Positions 11,610 through 23,957 are shown, counted from the first letter of the whole stretch. The stretch is DNA of 63,973 nt, filler included, from Asterionella formosa (GCA_002256025.1; 22 parts of 22 records of this genome joined end to end with filler, not necessarily neighbours in it), one strand, 5' to 3'. Notes: a model not told the origin generated them from the sequence alone. Program-made: numbers and translations.

Positions 11610-13203
11610 NNNNNNNNNNNNNNNNNNNNNNNNNNNNNNNNNNNNNNNNNNNNTTAATTAATTAANNNNNNNNNNNNNNNNNNNNNNNNNNNNNNNNNNN
11701 NNNNNNNNNACTCGAAGATACGTGATTGTTCATATTGGCTGAGAAGAAGCCTAGAATCCTCGCCAAAACGACGAGGTGAAGAAATGAGAGCGATTGGCGG
11801 ACATAGCCGCGCAGGGTCGCTCATTTATTCATGTATTTATCATGCTTTGTACAGGTATAATCATACTTTGGTCGACCTGTACGATAATTATGTATACGTA
11901 CATATGTAGAAATGCATTGTCGTATGCATAACTGAGGGCTCGTTCGGGTACCGGTACCGGTACCTGGTACCCTAGTAGTCTAAGTCTAGCGGCTACAGGT
12001 TGACCGGTCCTAAATAACGGTAGACCCCAGATATTCCTAAATCCACATTTACCATCTTTACGTAGACTTCGTATGCATACCGTTGGAATGTATTGTGTAT
12101 CAAATTGTGTGCATGCTCTGTACCCGCTTCACGGTATAGTACCGTTTGGAAGGTCAGGTATTTAAAACACGTATTTTACTTAAGAAAGGGTTAAGCTAAA
12201 TATCTCGATTACCGGGCCTTCGCTCTGGAAACCACTGTTTGACACACAAGTGTGCTGTACAGGAGGAATCCGGAACCTGGTAGCAACAGTCCTTCACGCA
12301 AAGTAACTTCGACACAATCAGCGTCTCGTCCGATTTGTCTTTCTCCATCTGTAGCTATGTACCTGGTTGTGGTTATGTAGTTGTTTATGTCACTCCATGT
12401 GTGCTTCGCTAGAATTGGCTAAATCGCGCCATCGAATACGAGAATAGCGAGCCAAGAATACGGCTAAATTATCGTAAGCAGTCGAGATGAGCTTTGCCAT
12501 GGGAGTGACTTAGGGTGGGTGATTTATACTATCAATTGCGAAAGGCTTTGCGATGTTTAGACTGCTTCTTTGAACTGCCTGGCTTCAAAGAATTGTGTGC
12601 TTCACCCCTGTAGTACCAATCTTACAAATGAAAACCTTGCATGGTTGTCATGATCTTTCTCCCTTACTTTAGCTGGCGACGCCTTGGTTGTTCGATTCAA
12701 CTCATTGTTACATCACAATAGATACTAGCTAATAGATGGTGTGCGTAATACTAGTACATGGCGGTAATTAAAAACATACAATAGACAGCATAGAGAGAGA
12801 AACATTGGGTCGCTGGCATGTAGAATAATAGATAGCATTGCTAAATTGGATAGTTGAATTACGATCCATTTCAATCTATTTTTAACAATGCTTGTGATTA
12901 GAATTATGATCATGTTTACGATATATTTACGATGAAACAATTGAAATGATAGCATAGAATTGAGCTGATTTTAGGATGCGTTGTAGTAATAATTTACATC
13001 GGGCAATCACGAGATTTGAAAATAATATGAGAAGGCTTATGATATTGATGAGAAATGTTGTTGATCAGTTGATATACATTGTGTGATGATAATGTTCTTA
13101 TTATCATTATACTTTAAGGTCGGTAAAATATTAAAAAATCATCATAGTTATAGGATACCTTGATCAGAGATCCTATATGCATGATAATTTTTATTTGCAG
13201 ACG

Positions 13204-14535
13204 ATAGCAGGCGATATGTACAAAGAAGAAGCATGAGTCTGTCTATTTATAGTAACAGAGTGGCTGATTCTGGTTTCGTAATTTTCATGTCTCATCAGAT
13301 TTCCTTTGTCATCATACTAGTTCCTTACCTTTGATGACAGGAGCGTATTCTTTGATGTATCTGGAATATTTCAATGGATGGCAGCAGTTGGATTTGGACA
13401 CAAACCTCCACAAGAGCACAAGTACTTTCTAGATGTTCATGAAAAGCGAGACACTTTGGCCTATCGAACACCAGCCAGTCTATACTGCAAAAATGCAAGA
13501 AGCAAGCACAAGTTGAATGCCAATTTATGGATTCAAGTTTCAGTAGTGCAACAATGTAAAATGTTAGAAACCGGCAGTCACATTTCATCTTATTACGGTT
13601 TTCATTAGCTATTCTAGCTAGTATTCATTGAGAGGAAGCAATGGTAGAATGGCTGCCAAACGGGCGGGGGCAAACACAGAGAATCCTACTAATTTTTCTC
13701 CCCAATGAGCCCAGCCCCTTCTTGAATGTCACTTGCTACAGAAAATGGAGAACAGCCGCCATGATCTGTTGATTGTTGCTGTATGATGCCACTGACAAAA
13801 ACCTCCAGAAATCTCAATGAGTTGGTGCTTGTTTCTTGACTTGAGTGCAAAAGGATCGAAACCATTGGAAAAATCAACAGGGAAATAAAAATGCTCTGCA
13901 AACATCAGGACCATTGTGAAAGAGAAATGAAGGTTCTTGGGAGGAGAAGTAAACAAGGGATAATTGCTTCTGGTCTTGTGGGAACAAGAATGGATTGAAC
14001 CAAACAATGTTGACAAATAGGTACCTACGGGAAGAGGAAGCAATGCATTCGGCATCATCAATCTATACACAAGCCTGTGCCACCTGACGTCGTCAATATA
14101 GCTACCTCGACTTCATCAATGAAGAAGTCAATGGGTGAAGCATGTGAGGAAAATCGGGGCTGAGGTTTTCTTGACGCCAACGTGGGCCTGATTGGCTGAA
14201 CTGGCAGATGAACGCATTGAGTAACCTGGGCCTGTGAAGCCAAAGGATAAGGAAAAATCTATGACAAGGGAGGAAGGAGCAAAAGTTATCATAGCTGAAC
14301 GCATTCACAACTTGTATAGACAATAAATGGGCTGATGGCATACCATGGCTGCTCTTGGCTGACAGTTGCCAAGTCAAGTACAAACACAACGAGAAGGCAC
14401 AAAAGACTGTCCAATTTTGATCGACTGGCTGATACTTAGTTGTGAGACTCACCATTCTGCAATGGGGTGGACTTTGATCATTGCTTCGTTCAAAGCGCAA
14501 TCAATTCGAATGCTGTCCAGTGAAACAGGAGCCAA
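13204..14535 (+). repeat. ~1.3-kb dispersed repeat, copy 1 (unclassified, probably decayed TE)
   Basis: Colinear and highly similar by eye to 62308-63643, e.g. shared TCTATTTATAGTAACAGAGTGGCTGATTCTGG ... GAATGCTGTCCAGTGAAACAG. Confidence 0.95.
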
Positions 14536-14635
14536 NNNNNNNNNNNNNNNNNNNNNNNNNNNNNNNNNNNNNNNNNNNNTTAATTAATTAANNNNNNNNN
14601 NNNNNNNNNNNNNNNNNNNNNNNNNNNNNNNNNNN

Positions 14636-17457
14636 TATTTGCAGCAAGACATTCATGCAGGTTTATCTCGAAATTGAAACTATCAAAAAGATTGTAGAGA
14701 GGAGTATCTACTCCTGGCTTCATTATGTGAGCAAGAGCACAGTCAGCAACTGCACATCCTTTTTCCCTTGCTGGTGTGTTTGCTTTCTCAGCCAGCAACA
14801 GCAGCATGGATGTCTTGAATTTCCCAAACTTGTCATCAATGGTGCCAAATGTTTTTTCAGCATGCAATGCCCGTACCATTATTCTAGCAAAGCACTCCAC
14901 ATCATATTTGTATGATACATAATTGTTTCTCTTCAGGGAAGCTAGAGTGGCAAAATCTGCAACATTGGCAACACCCAGCCACTGAACTCGACTCTCTTTG
15001 AGTTGAACAATCATCTGAAGGAAAGACAAAATTGTATGCGCACCAGGGACTGGTACGTTTTTCTTAACAACTTCGATGGCAGTAGCAACAAGTGCACCAG
15101 TTTTGGTATTCTTGATCAGCTCAACTCCATCATTGCTAAGAAAAAGGTTGGTGATATATGAGCGTACAGAACCTTTTTTTTTACCTGTCACCATGTCTGA
15201 GGAAAGATCCTCACAAGCTCCAATCATACAGTTTAGTTTTCCAAAAAGTTCTAGATAGAACTTACTGTATTTCTTACAAGAAAGGATTGCCTTTTGTTCC
15301 TCCTGATCGTCAGAATCCTGGCTTGTTTTTTCAAGTAATATATTCAGTATTTCCTGATGCTTGGTTGTGAGTTGAAAACTAGATGCTTGATTTGACTTCT
15401 TGTCTTCAAAAGATTCAATGAGAATCTTAAAACGTTCATTGTCTTCTTGCATCTTTGACATTAGCCTGACTAGATTCTCATGTACAATGTGCTCACTGTC
15501 TCCTTTTGTATAGGTGCCTTCCTGTTGTTGATTAGTTAAAAACCTATCTTCGACAATGGGATCAGTTGGATTGTTACTGCTTGGCGTTGGAGTTGCTGGG
15601 GAAAAAGATTGTGCTGCATTTGTTGTCGTTGTTGATGATGTTGGCTGAGTTGTGTTGGCTACTGTTGGTTGGCGGTTCTTGTTTGCATCAATGAGTTTGT
15701 TTATATCATATAGTAAATCGTCACCAATTGAATTATCGTAGAGATTAAGTGTAGTCAAGACAGTATTGTCCTTGAGAGCCTCTGCAATGGCCTTGGCTCC
15801 GTCATCACCAATTGAATTATGATCGAGATCAAGTGTAGTCAAGACAGTATTGACCTTGAGAGCCTCTGCAATGGCCTTGGCTCCGTCATCAGCAATTGAA
15901 TTATGATCGAGATCAAGTGTAGTCAAGACAGTATTGACCTTGAGAGCCTCTGCAATGGCCTTGGCTCCGTCATCAGCAATTGAATTATAAGATAGATTAA
16001 GTTTAGTCAAGACAGTATTGACCTTGAGAGCCTCTGCAATGGCCTTGGCTCCGTCATCACCAATTGAATTATTTGAGAGATAAAGTATAGTCAAGACAGT
16101 ATCATTCGCTTTCAACCGTTTGACATCTTCTTCCCATTCAGGCATCGTGAATGTTGTTGGAGTTGTTGAAGAAGAAGGATGTGCTGCATTTGTTGTTGTT
16201 TTCGAGATTGGCTGAGTTGTGTTGGCTGCTTTTGGTTTGCGGTTCTTGTTTCCATTAACCAGTTCTTGAATATCATTTAGTAAATTATTACCAATTGAGT
16301 TATAATCAACATCAAGTTTAGTCAAGACAGTATTGACCTTGAGAGCTTCATCAATGGCCTTGGCTCCGTCATCACCAATTGAATTATTAGAGAGATAAAG
16401 TGTAGTCAAGACAGTATTGACCTTGAGAGCCTCTGCAATGGCCTTGGCTCCGTCAGCACCAATTGAATTACTATGGAGATTAAGTGTAGTCAAGACAGTA
16501 TTGTCCTTGAGAGCCTCTGCAATGGCCTTGGCGCCATCATCACCAATTGAATTCCTACTCAGATAAAGTGAAGACAAGACAGTATTGACCTTGAGAGCCT
16601 CTGCAATGGCCTTGGCTCCGTCATCACCAATTGAATTACAAGTGAGATAAAGTGTAGTCAAGACAGTATTGTCCTTGAGAGCCTCTGCAACGGCCTTGGC
16701 TCCGTCATCACCAATTGAATTACAGTCAAGATAAAGTGAAGACAAGACAGTATTGACCTTGAGAGCCTCTGCAATAGCCTTTGCGCCATCATCACCAATT
16801 GAATTACTATTGAGATCAAGTGTAGTCAAGACAGTATTGACCTTGAGAGCTTCTGCAATGGTCTTGGCTCCGTAATCACCAATTGAATTATCTCTGAGAT
16901 TAAGTGTAGTCAACCTTGGATCATTCGCTTTCAACCGTTTGACATCTTCTTCCCATTCAGGCATCGTGAATGTTGTTGGAGTTGTTGAAGAAGAAGGTTG
17001 CGCTGCATTTGTTGTTGTTTTCGAGGTTGGCTGAGTTGTGTTGGCTGCTTTTGGTTTGCGGTTCTTGTTTCTATCAACCAGTTTTTGAATATCATTTAGT
17101 AAATTATTACCAATTGAGTTATAATCAACATCAAGTTTAGTCAAGAAAGTATTGACCTTGAGAGCTTCTGCAATGGCCTTGGCTCCGTCAACACCAATTG
17201 AATTATTAGAGAGATAAAGTGTAGTCAAGACAGTATTGACCTTGAGAGCCTCTGCAATGGCCTTGGCTCCGTCAACACCAATTGAATTACTAGAGAGATA
17301 AAGTGTAGTCAAGACAGTATTGACCTTGAGAGCCTCTGCAATGGCCTTGGCTCCGTCATCACCAATTGAATTACTATTGAGATAAAGTGTAGTCAAGACA
17401 GTATTGACCTTGAGAGCTTCTGAAATGGTCTTGGCTCCGTAATCGCCACTTGAATTA
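14636..17457 (-). CDS. Ribonuclease-inhibitor-type (NLRC3-like) LRR protein with three LRR modules and an unknown helical C-terminal region; both ends truncated
   Basis: Frame open across the whole contig; about 15 near-identical 28-aa repeats LTxLxLxxNSIGDDGAKAIAEALKVNTV (84-bp DNA period). Confidence 0.95.
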
Positions 17458-18025
17458 NNNNNNNNNNNNNNNNNNNNNNNNNNNNNNNNNNNNNNNNNNN
17501 NTTAATTAATTAANNNNNNNNNNNNNNNNNNNNNNNNNNNNNNNNNNNNNNNNNNNNAAAGTGGGAAGGACAACTGGATTCCATGGTGACACCTGAAACA
17601 TCTACTCCTCGACAAAATAATCTTGAAAAGTACAACAAGGGTGGTCGGGACTATTATACATCAACCTCATTATGTAGTGAGATTTGAACAATGACAACAG
17701 CTCATCTCAATGACATATTATAATGTTTTGTTTTGTTTTGTTTTGTGACTCCTGATGGGCACACCACAACAGTACACACACACAGTTCACCACAACAGTT
17801 TGATTTCATTATTATAGTACACATATGGAGTATTCTGTAATATTAATCATTGGTTATATATAGCATTATTGCCTAATGTGTAAATAGTAAATAATAATAA
17901 TAATAATACCTAGTGAATAGTAGTAGTCAAACCAACATTTTATTGTGTACCCCAACCATGCATAGTTGAGTTACATCTGCACTACATAGAAGCACTACAT
18001 AGTACTATTACTACTATTAAACTCT

Positions 18026-19873
18026 TTAGGGTGAGTGTCTTGAGGCTCGCTTGGCATCTCTTCGATTCTTGAGGAAATCTGACAAGGAATCCAATTCTGC
18101 AGATTTTGGACTATTTGTCTTTGATGATTTGCTCATTCTTGTTGTTTCACGTGCTGTTTCACGTGTTGTTTCCTTCTTCTTCTTCTTCATGACACTTTTA
18201 ACAACTATTGGTTCCTTCTTGACAACCATTGGTTCTGATTCAACAGTACATTCATCAAATGGCACATCTTCATTACCATTCTTTTCGAGTTGTGGTGGAA
18301 CACTTGTATAAAATGCCATGGGGTCAATATCCTCTTCATCTTCTTCTTCTTTCTTGACAATGACAGTTTCCTTTCCCACATCATCATACTCAAAGGAAAT
18401 TTCTGGTGACTGTTTCTTATTCTTCTTCTTCTTTGTCTTCTTGTTTGTTGTGGCACTATTACTATTACTATTTGCAGTAGATACAGATGGAACAGTTGAT
18501 GCCAAGGAATAATCTGCCATGGAAAAGTCATCATCTGTAGATCTACCTGTAGAATGATCCAGCACTGGATCATCTTCATGATCCAATGATAAATGTTGGA
18601 CAGCAGCAGCAGTATTAGTAGTAGTTGTCATCATGGTTGTTGTCATGACAGCACCATAATTTGGGGGTTTGCCATGATAATGATGACGATAATACTTGAC
18701 AACCACAAATGTCAATACAATCATCATCAAGACAGCCCCAGCTGCACATGCTGCAATCAATGGAATGCTAGTAGATGTCTTGTTGGTACCAACCAACATG
18801 GTTGGTGATAGTGTTGGTCCAGTGGATAACACAAGAGATACAATAGTAACATTGAGTCCAGCATCCTTATCAAGAAATGACTGCAATTGTGTCCAATCTT
18901 TCAATGATGCTTCTTGTGATAATAATATAGTAGCTTCATTTGTAGTATTGGTAGTGGCAGTTCCTTGGTAAGTCAAGGAATGTGACACAAAGGCATCCAG
19001 TGTTGAGAGAAATCGATTTTGAGTGTTGGAAACTAGCTCCAAGACAATCGTGGTACTACCAGTATTCAATCTAGTTTGGAGAAAGGATTCCAATGATCCA
19101 GTCAAGACAGTCACATTGTCCAATGGACCCAAAAGGGAAATTGTAAAATCCAGCAATGGATAGACCACAGTAAGTGCCGTTGGAGCCTCTGTTGGGATAG
19201 TAGCAGGAGTTGTAGTAGGTGATACTGTCATGGATGATACTGGTGGCACAGTAGGTGATGCTGTCATAGTAACTACTGGTACAGTCATGGGAGAGACCGG
19301 TGGCATAGTAGGTGATGCTGTCATAGTAGCTACTGGTACAGTCGATGGTGATACAGTCCTTGGTATCACGTCAGCAACAGGTGCCGTTCCTACACTACTT
19401 GGCGACATGGTAGATATTTGTTTCGCCACGGAAGGAGGAAATGTTGACACTGTGGGAGACATTGTATCGGGAGGTGACACTGGAGCTGGAGGAGGCGGCT
19501 GTGGTTGTGGATTGCCTCCTCCTCCTTGTTGAGGAGCACCACCTCCTCCTCCTCCTGGTTGTTGTTGTTGAGGATTATTTCCTCCTCCTCCTCCTGGTTG
19601 TTGTTGTTGTTGAGGAGCATTGTTCATTTGCAACCATCGATTCTGAATATCAGATTCTGCTTTGTTCCTACTAAGCTGATGTACTGGGAATTCTTCTTGC
19701 TGTTGTCGCTGTTTTCTATTCGTTCTTGCTGTTGCTGTTGTTGTTGTTGCTATTCGAAGTCGAAGTCTTGCATGAGTATCACCAGCATGACCATTACAAC
19801 CACTGATACTAGCAACAAGAACAAGAACAACAACAACAAGAAGAGGACGAAGGAGACGATGAAACATCGACAT
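18026..19873 (-). CDS. Predicted single-pass membrane/cell-surface protein with Q/G- and T/P/S-rich ectodomain
   Basis: N-terminal hydrophobic signal (LLVVVVLVLVASISGCNG), RWL motif, SPT-rich repeats, TM IPLIAACAAGAVLMMIVLTFVVV, charged tail. Confidence 0.8.
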   Translation of the reverse strand: MSMFHRLLRPLLVVVVLVLVASISGCNGHAGDTHARLRLRIATTTTATARTNRKQRQQQEEFPVHQLSRNKAESDIQNRWLQMNNAPQQQQQPGGGGGNNPQQQQPGGGGGGAPQQGGGGNPQPQPPPPAPVSPPDTMSPTVSTFPPSVAKQISTMSPSSVGTAPVADVIPRTVSPSTVPVATMTASPTMPPVSPMTVPVVTMTASPTVPPVSSMTVSPTTTPATIPTEAPTALTVVYPLLDFTISLLGPLDNVTVLTGSLESFLQTRLNTGSTTIVLELVSNTQNRFLSTLDAFVSHSLTYQGTATTNTTNEATILLSQEASLKDWTQLQSFLDKDAGLNVTIVSLVLSTGPTLSPTMLVGTNKTSTSIPLIAACAAGAVLMMIVLTFVVVKYYRHHYHGKPPNYGAVMTTTMMTTTTNTAAAVQHLSLDHEDDPVLDHSTGRSTDDDFSMADYSLASTVPSVSTANSNSNSATTNKKTKKKKNKKQSPEISFEYDDVGKETVIVKKEEEDEEDIDPMAFYTSVPPQLEKNGNEDVPFDECTVESEPMVVKKEPIVVKSVMKKKKKETTRETARETTRMSKSSKTNSPKSAELDSLSDFLKNRRDAKRASRHSP

Positions 19874-20920
19874 GATGAGAATGAAACTGTATTAAAAAAA
19901 ATATGTACTCAGTATTGTACACAACGTTTTTGTGGGACAAACATCATGCTGTCAACCCAAGCCAATGATGATGATGATCCTGCGCCATACAGTACTGACT
20001 GACTGGCTGAAGGTGATTTGAATGTACATTCAGATATGTAGATATATGGATAGTTCCTACCGTTAGCCTAACTGTAGATACACACTGACTATGCAGTATA
20101 AGATGTACTCGTGTAGAATTTGTTATATTCTGACATAGGAATCTCCACATTTCATACAAAAGGAGGAATTGATTGTATACACATATACATATACGATTGC
20201 ATACTGTATAGAATTACATACACACTTTCCTTCATGACAATTTGGTACGACCAGTAGATAGCAACCGTTGAGGAACATTCGATTTATGTATGAATGCGAC
20301 AAAGTATATATATATGAACAATATGCATGATAATCATATCCACCATGTACCACCATTGTTCGTTTTCAGCTGGACGTATNNNNNNNNNNNNNNNNNNNNN
20401 NNNNNNNNNNNNNNNNNNNNNNNTTAATTAATTAANNNNNNNNNNNNNNNNNNNNNNNNNNNNNNNNNNNNNNNNNNNNATTCTAATAACATTGTACTAG
20501 TTCGTATTTGCGGAGTTTCAAATTTGAGATCACATCATCAATACCATCATAAACTGCACATGCCGCTACGTAGCTATTACTTTACCTGGTACCGGTAATA
20601 CCATTATCTATTATTGAACAGACATAACATAGATGAACAACTTAATAACACCATCTGTATGATAATTCTGGTACTAAAACCGTAGAATCGAAACCGCGAT
20701 CATCCTCAAAAACCGTATTTTGAGAACCACAGCAGAAATGTAAAAATTGTCACTTCAGTGTGAGTTAGCAATTTGATTCATCACGCTTTCCCATTGTTCG
20801 CTCTGCACCTATATTCGTACCCCTTCCAAGACAAATCGAAGGAGCATAGATTATAGAAAGAAATCGGCGTAATCATCGAGTTGACTGAACCAAAACAACA
20901 ACCGTACACATCCAATCAAC

Positions 20921-21781
20921 ATGCAGAAACGAGCAAGTCACTCGGAACAAGCTCGCAACGCAAGTCACTCCGAACTTGCTCTCACAGCCACCCGAACAGA
21001 GGAAGAGGAGAATCTACTAGTTGAGCTGGAACAGCTACGAGAGTCTACTAAAAGTGCCCTTTTGGAGAGTTGGGCCGAAGTGGAACATTTGCATGAGGAG
21101 AATGCTGTTTTTCAGGTACGGGAATTCGATCTACAAACAGAGCTAGAAGCTTCAAAGAACCGAGAAGAACTCTACAAAATGGAACTGGAAAAGTTAAAGA
21201 ACCAATTGACGTACAAGAGAAATCTGGCCCCGCAGGAAGCGGCTCAAGACAATTCGAAACTCGGAAACGGAAGCCCAGCACTGAGTGTGGACAACGCTTC
21301 GAATTTATGTCAAAGGGATACTTCAACAACCTCTGATCAAACAAGTAATAGCGCAGAAGGTGAATGCGAGACACGCCGTGAAATTAATCGCTGGGGTGCT
21401 GGCTGGATAATGGGCAGCTTTAGGGATAACGAACGAGATGAGATGGAGCGAGAGTTTATTCTTCAAATGACAAAGTTGGAACGAGAGAAGAACAATTTGA
21501 TCGCCGAATGGCAGCATAAAGTCGAAAGTCGGAATGAAGCTCTTCTAAACATGGAAATTTTATGCAAGACTCAAGGAATCTTGATTGATGAACTCAAAAC
21601 AAAATTGGATACTAGGTCAAAGCAATTTAGGGAAAAGGAAACTAGGCTGAGGAAAGAGATTGATTTTCTAAAGACAAAGATAGCCGAAAAGCGCGCAATA
21701 ATTTTCAAGCAGTCTGATGAAATCAAGAAGTATCAAACCAGCACCCATGGCATCAAGAACAAACAAGGGAATTTTGCATAA
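20921..21781 (+). CDS. Hypothetical coiled-coil protein
   Basis: 286-aa ATG-started ORF with an E/K/L/R-rich heptad pattern. Confidence 0.7.
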   Translation: MQKRASHSEQARNASHSELALTATRTEEEENLLVELEQLRESTKSALLESWAEVEHLHEENAVFQVREFDLQTELEASKNREELYKMELEKLKNQLTYKRNLAPQEAAQDNSKLGNGSPALSVDNASNLCQRDTSTTSDQTSNSAEGECETRREINRWGAGWIMGSFRDNERDEMEREFILQMTKLEREKNNLIAEWQHKVESRNEALLNMEILCKTQGILIDELKTKLDTRSKQFREKETRLRKEIDFLKTKIAEKRAIIFKQSDEIKKYQTSTHGIKNKQGNFA

Positions 21782-23400
21782 CCAGTGATGAAAATACATC
21801 TACTCAGAACCAACTTAAACTCTGCTCAAACGAGCTCTAGGGTAAATAGTTCCATTCATTTTTCATCAATTTTCTGTTTGTGAAGCTATGTTTGCTAAGA
21901 AGGAAACTCTGGAGGGTTCAAAAGAATTTTCACCATTTTTCCAACACAATGTAAACCTCTATAGTCAAAGGTTAAGATATCTGTTGAAGGAGTCCTGCCT
22001 GGAGTATCACCTTCTACAGCATTTGAGAATATCTGAGTTGCCATTGGGCGCGCTCTGACAATGATCATGTGAATTATAATATAAATTTTTGTACTCAGCC
22101 ATAACCCCAAAACTTTTATTTTTGACCAATTCTTTTACAGTTGTAAATAACAGTGTGTAATATAAAAATATGTTTAGGAATGAAAGACAACTTATAAATT
22201 CCCAGAAAATTTCAAGACTTGCTTGTTCATACCCAAAATGGCTTGCTCTTGCCAAAGAAGGTATACAAAATATTGACTTTGTCAAATCAAAGTTGGTGCA
22301 TAGACCTCAAGGTAACAATGCGTGAATGTCTGCATATCCAGACATGTGCAAGATTGGTCATGAACACATGGTCAAGGTATTGATTAACCCATGCTGACAT
22401 GACACCACAGCCAGCTTGGTTTCACTCAGCGCCGGAACACAAGCAGGAGGTCAATTTCTTACTTGGCGATAAAATCCTTCCAAATTTTTTGAGAAAGAGA
22501 TCATAGCATATTGTGCAAAGCAATGGCCAAAATCATCTCACACAATCAAAGCTGGAGAATATGGAGTACTAAAGAAAGCTGCAGCAAAGCAGAAGAGAGG
22601 AAGGGATTACCTGCATTAAGAGCCTCCAGCAGAAACCAAAACAAGATATAATGCATGCTTTTCGTGATAATATTCAAACTACATACCACCTGCAAGAAAT
22701 CATACCATATGAGAGCACAACATTGATGGTCCACTCAGGTGACAAAAATTACTTTCAATTTTGCCAGCTTGAGCTTAGCCTATTATTCTTTGATGATATT
22801 CCACGGAGAGAAATAGTCAATAAGGCCGTTGCTAACGGTGGACCAAAACGCAAACCAAGCAGTGTTTTGGTTTCGGTAACCCTAAAAAACGATGCTATCG
22901 GGAGTGAAAAACCCAACGCAAACGCATTAAGTTTAGGGGATTCCGTGCCCATATCCCAATAAGTTACCCAAACGCATTACATTTAGGTTTTTTTCCCAAG
23001 GTTACCTAAACGTAGGATTCCATATTGACTACTTTGAATGTAGTCACTAGAAACCCAATTACCGGTAATATCGTCGCAGAATCACTACATATAGGACGCA
23101 TCATATGCCGGTACTGGTATATCATATCTATATACAACAATAGCTATACGGTGCCGGTACTCTGGTACTAGGGTGATAAAATATATGGAATCCAACGAAT
23201 CGAGAATCAATATTCTTAGTAGTGATTAGAAACCAAGACCCAAAACATGCGACATTTATTGACAAATGACTGGAGATGTTTACTTATTGACAAGTGAATC
23301 NNNNNNNNNNNNNNNNNNNNNNNNNNNNNNNNNNNNNNNNNNNNTTAATTAATTAANNNNNNNNNNNNNNNNNNNNNNNNNNNNNNNNNNNNNNNNNNNN

Positions 23401-23550
23401 AGCAAATGACGATACAGATATCAAATTCTTCCTACGAGCAAACAACAATGAAAAGAGCCACTTGCTTTCGCTCTCTTGATGGTATCAAAGATGCGGACAA
23501 GTTCAATAGTTAATTCAAGTACAGTATGCCAAATGCAGAAACGAGCGACA
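23401..23550 (+). repeat. ~150-bp dispersed repeat, copy of 32921-33072
   Basis: AGCAAATGACGATAC...CAAATGCAGAAACGAGCGA nearly identical in both contigs. Confidence 0.9.
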
Positions 23551-23957
23551 TGAAAAAGAAATTGTAATCAGAATCATTCTAAAACTATAGCTATGTGGAC
23601 AGTAGTCTGTTACATTTTCGTATCTCCTTCTACTATGCTGAATCTCAATAGTAGATGTGTAGTTTCATGTGAGATTTGAAAATGTCAACGAGAACAAGTA
23701 GAATGTGTTTGTTTACGGGTTGATTGGCGAGATTGTCATGCTGAAGTGGACGAAACGGATATACTTTGTGCGCTGTGTGCGGAAACATTACGAGTTCGAA
23801 TGGTTTCTTCTCTCCTGTAAACTCTTAATTGAATGATTATGAACAAAGGTTCACTGCACATGACGATTACTCGAAGATATAAAGATCACTTGACCAACAA
23901 ATTGAAGACGTTATCGCAAACATTCATTCTGCTTGTCATCGCTAGTATTTCGTTGTT

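Noticed and set aside
11990..12330. Possible DNA-transposon left end starting TACAGGTTGACCGG
   Set aside because: No partner inverted repeat or second copy in the window.
15690..17457. Constant/variable 84-bp periodicity as a CRISPR-like array
   Set aside because: The period is a multiple of 3 within an open frame encoding LRRs; variable parts are short and homologous; no cas genes; eukaryotic context.
6073..19674. Many 60-190-aa ORFs antisense to or overlapping real genes
   Set aside because: Shadow ORFs of coding or low-complexity sequence with no independent motifs.
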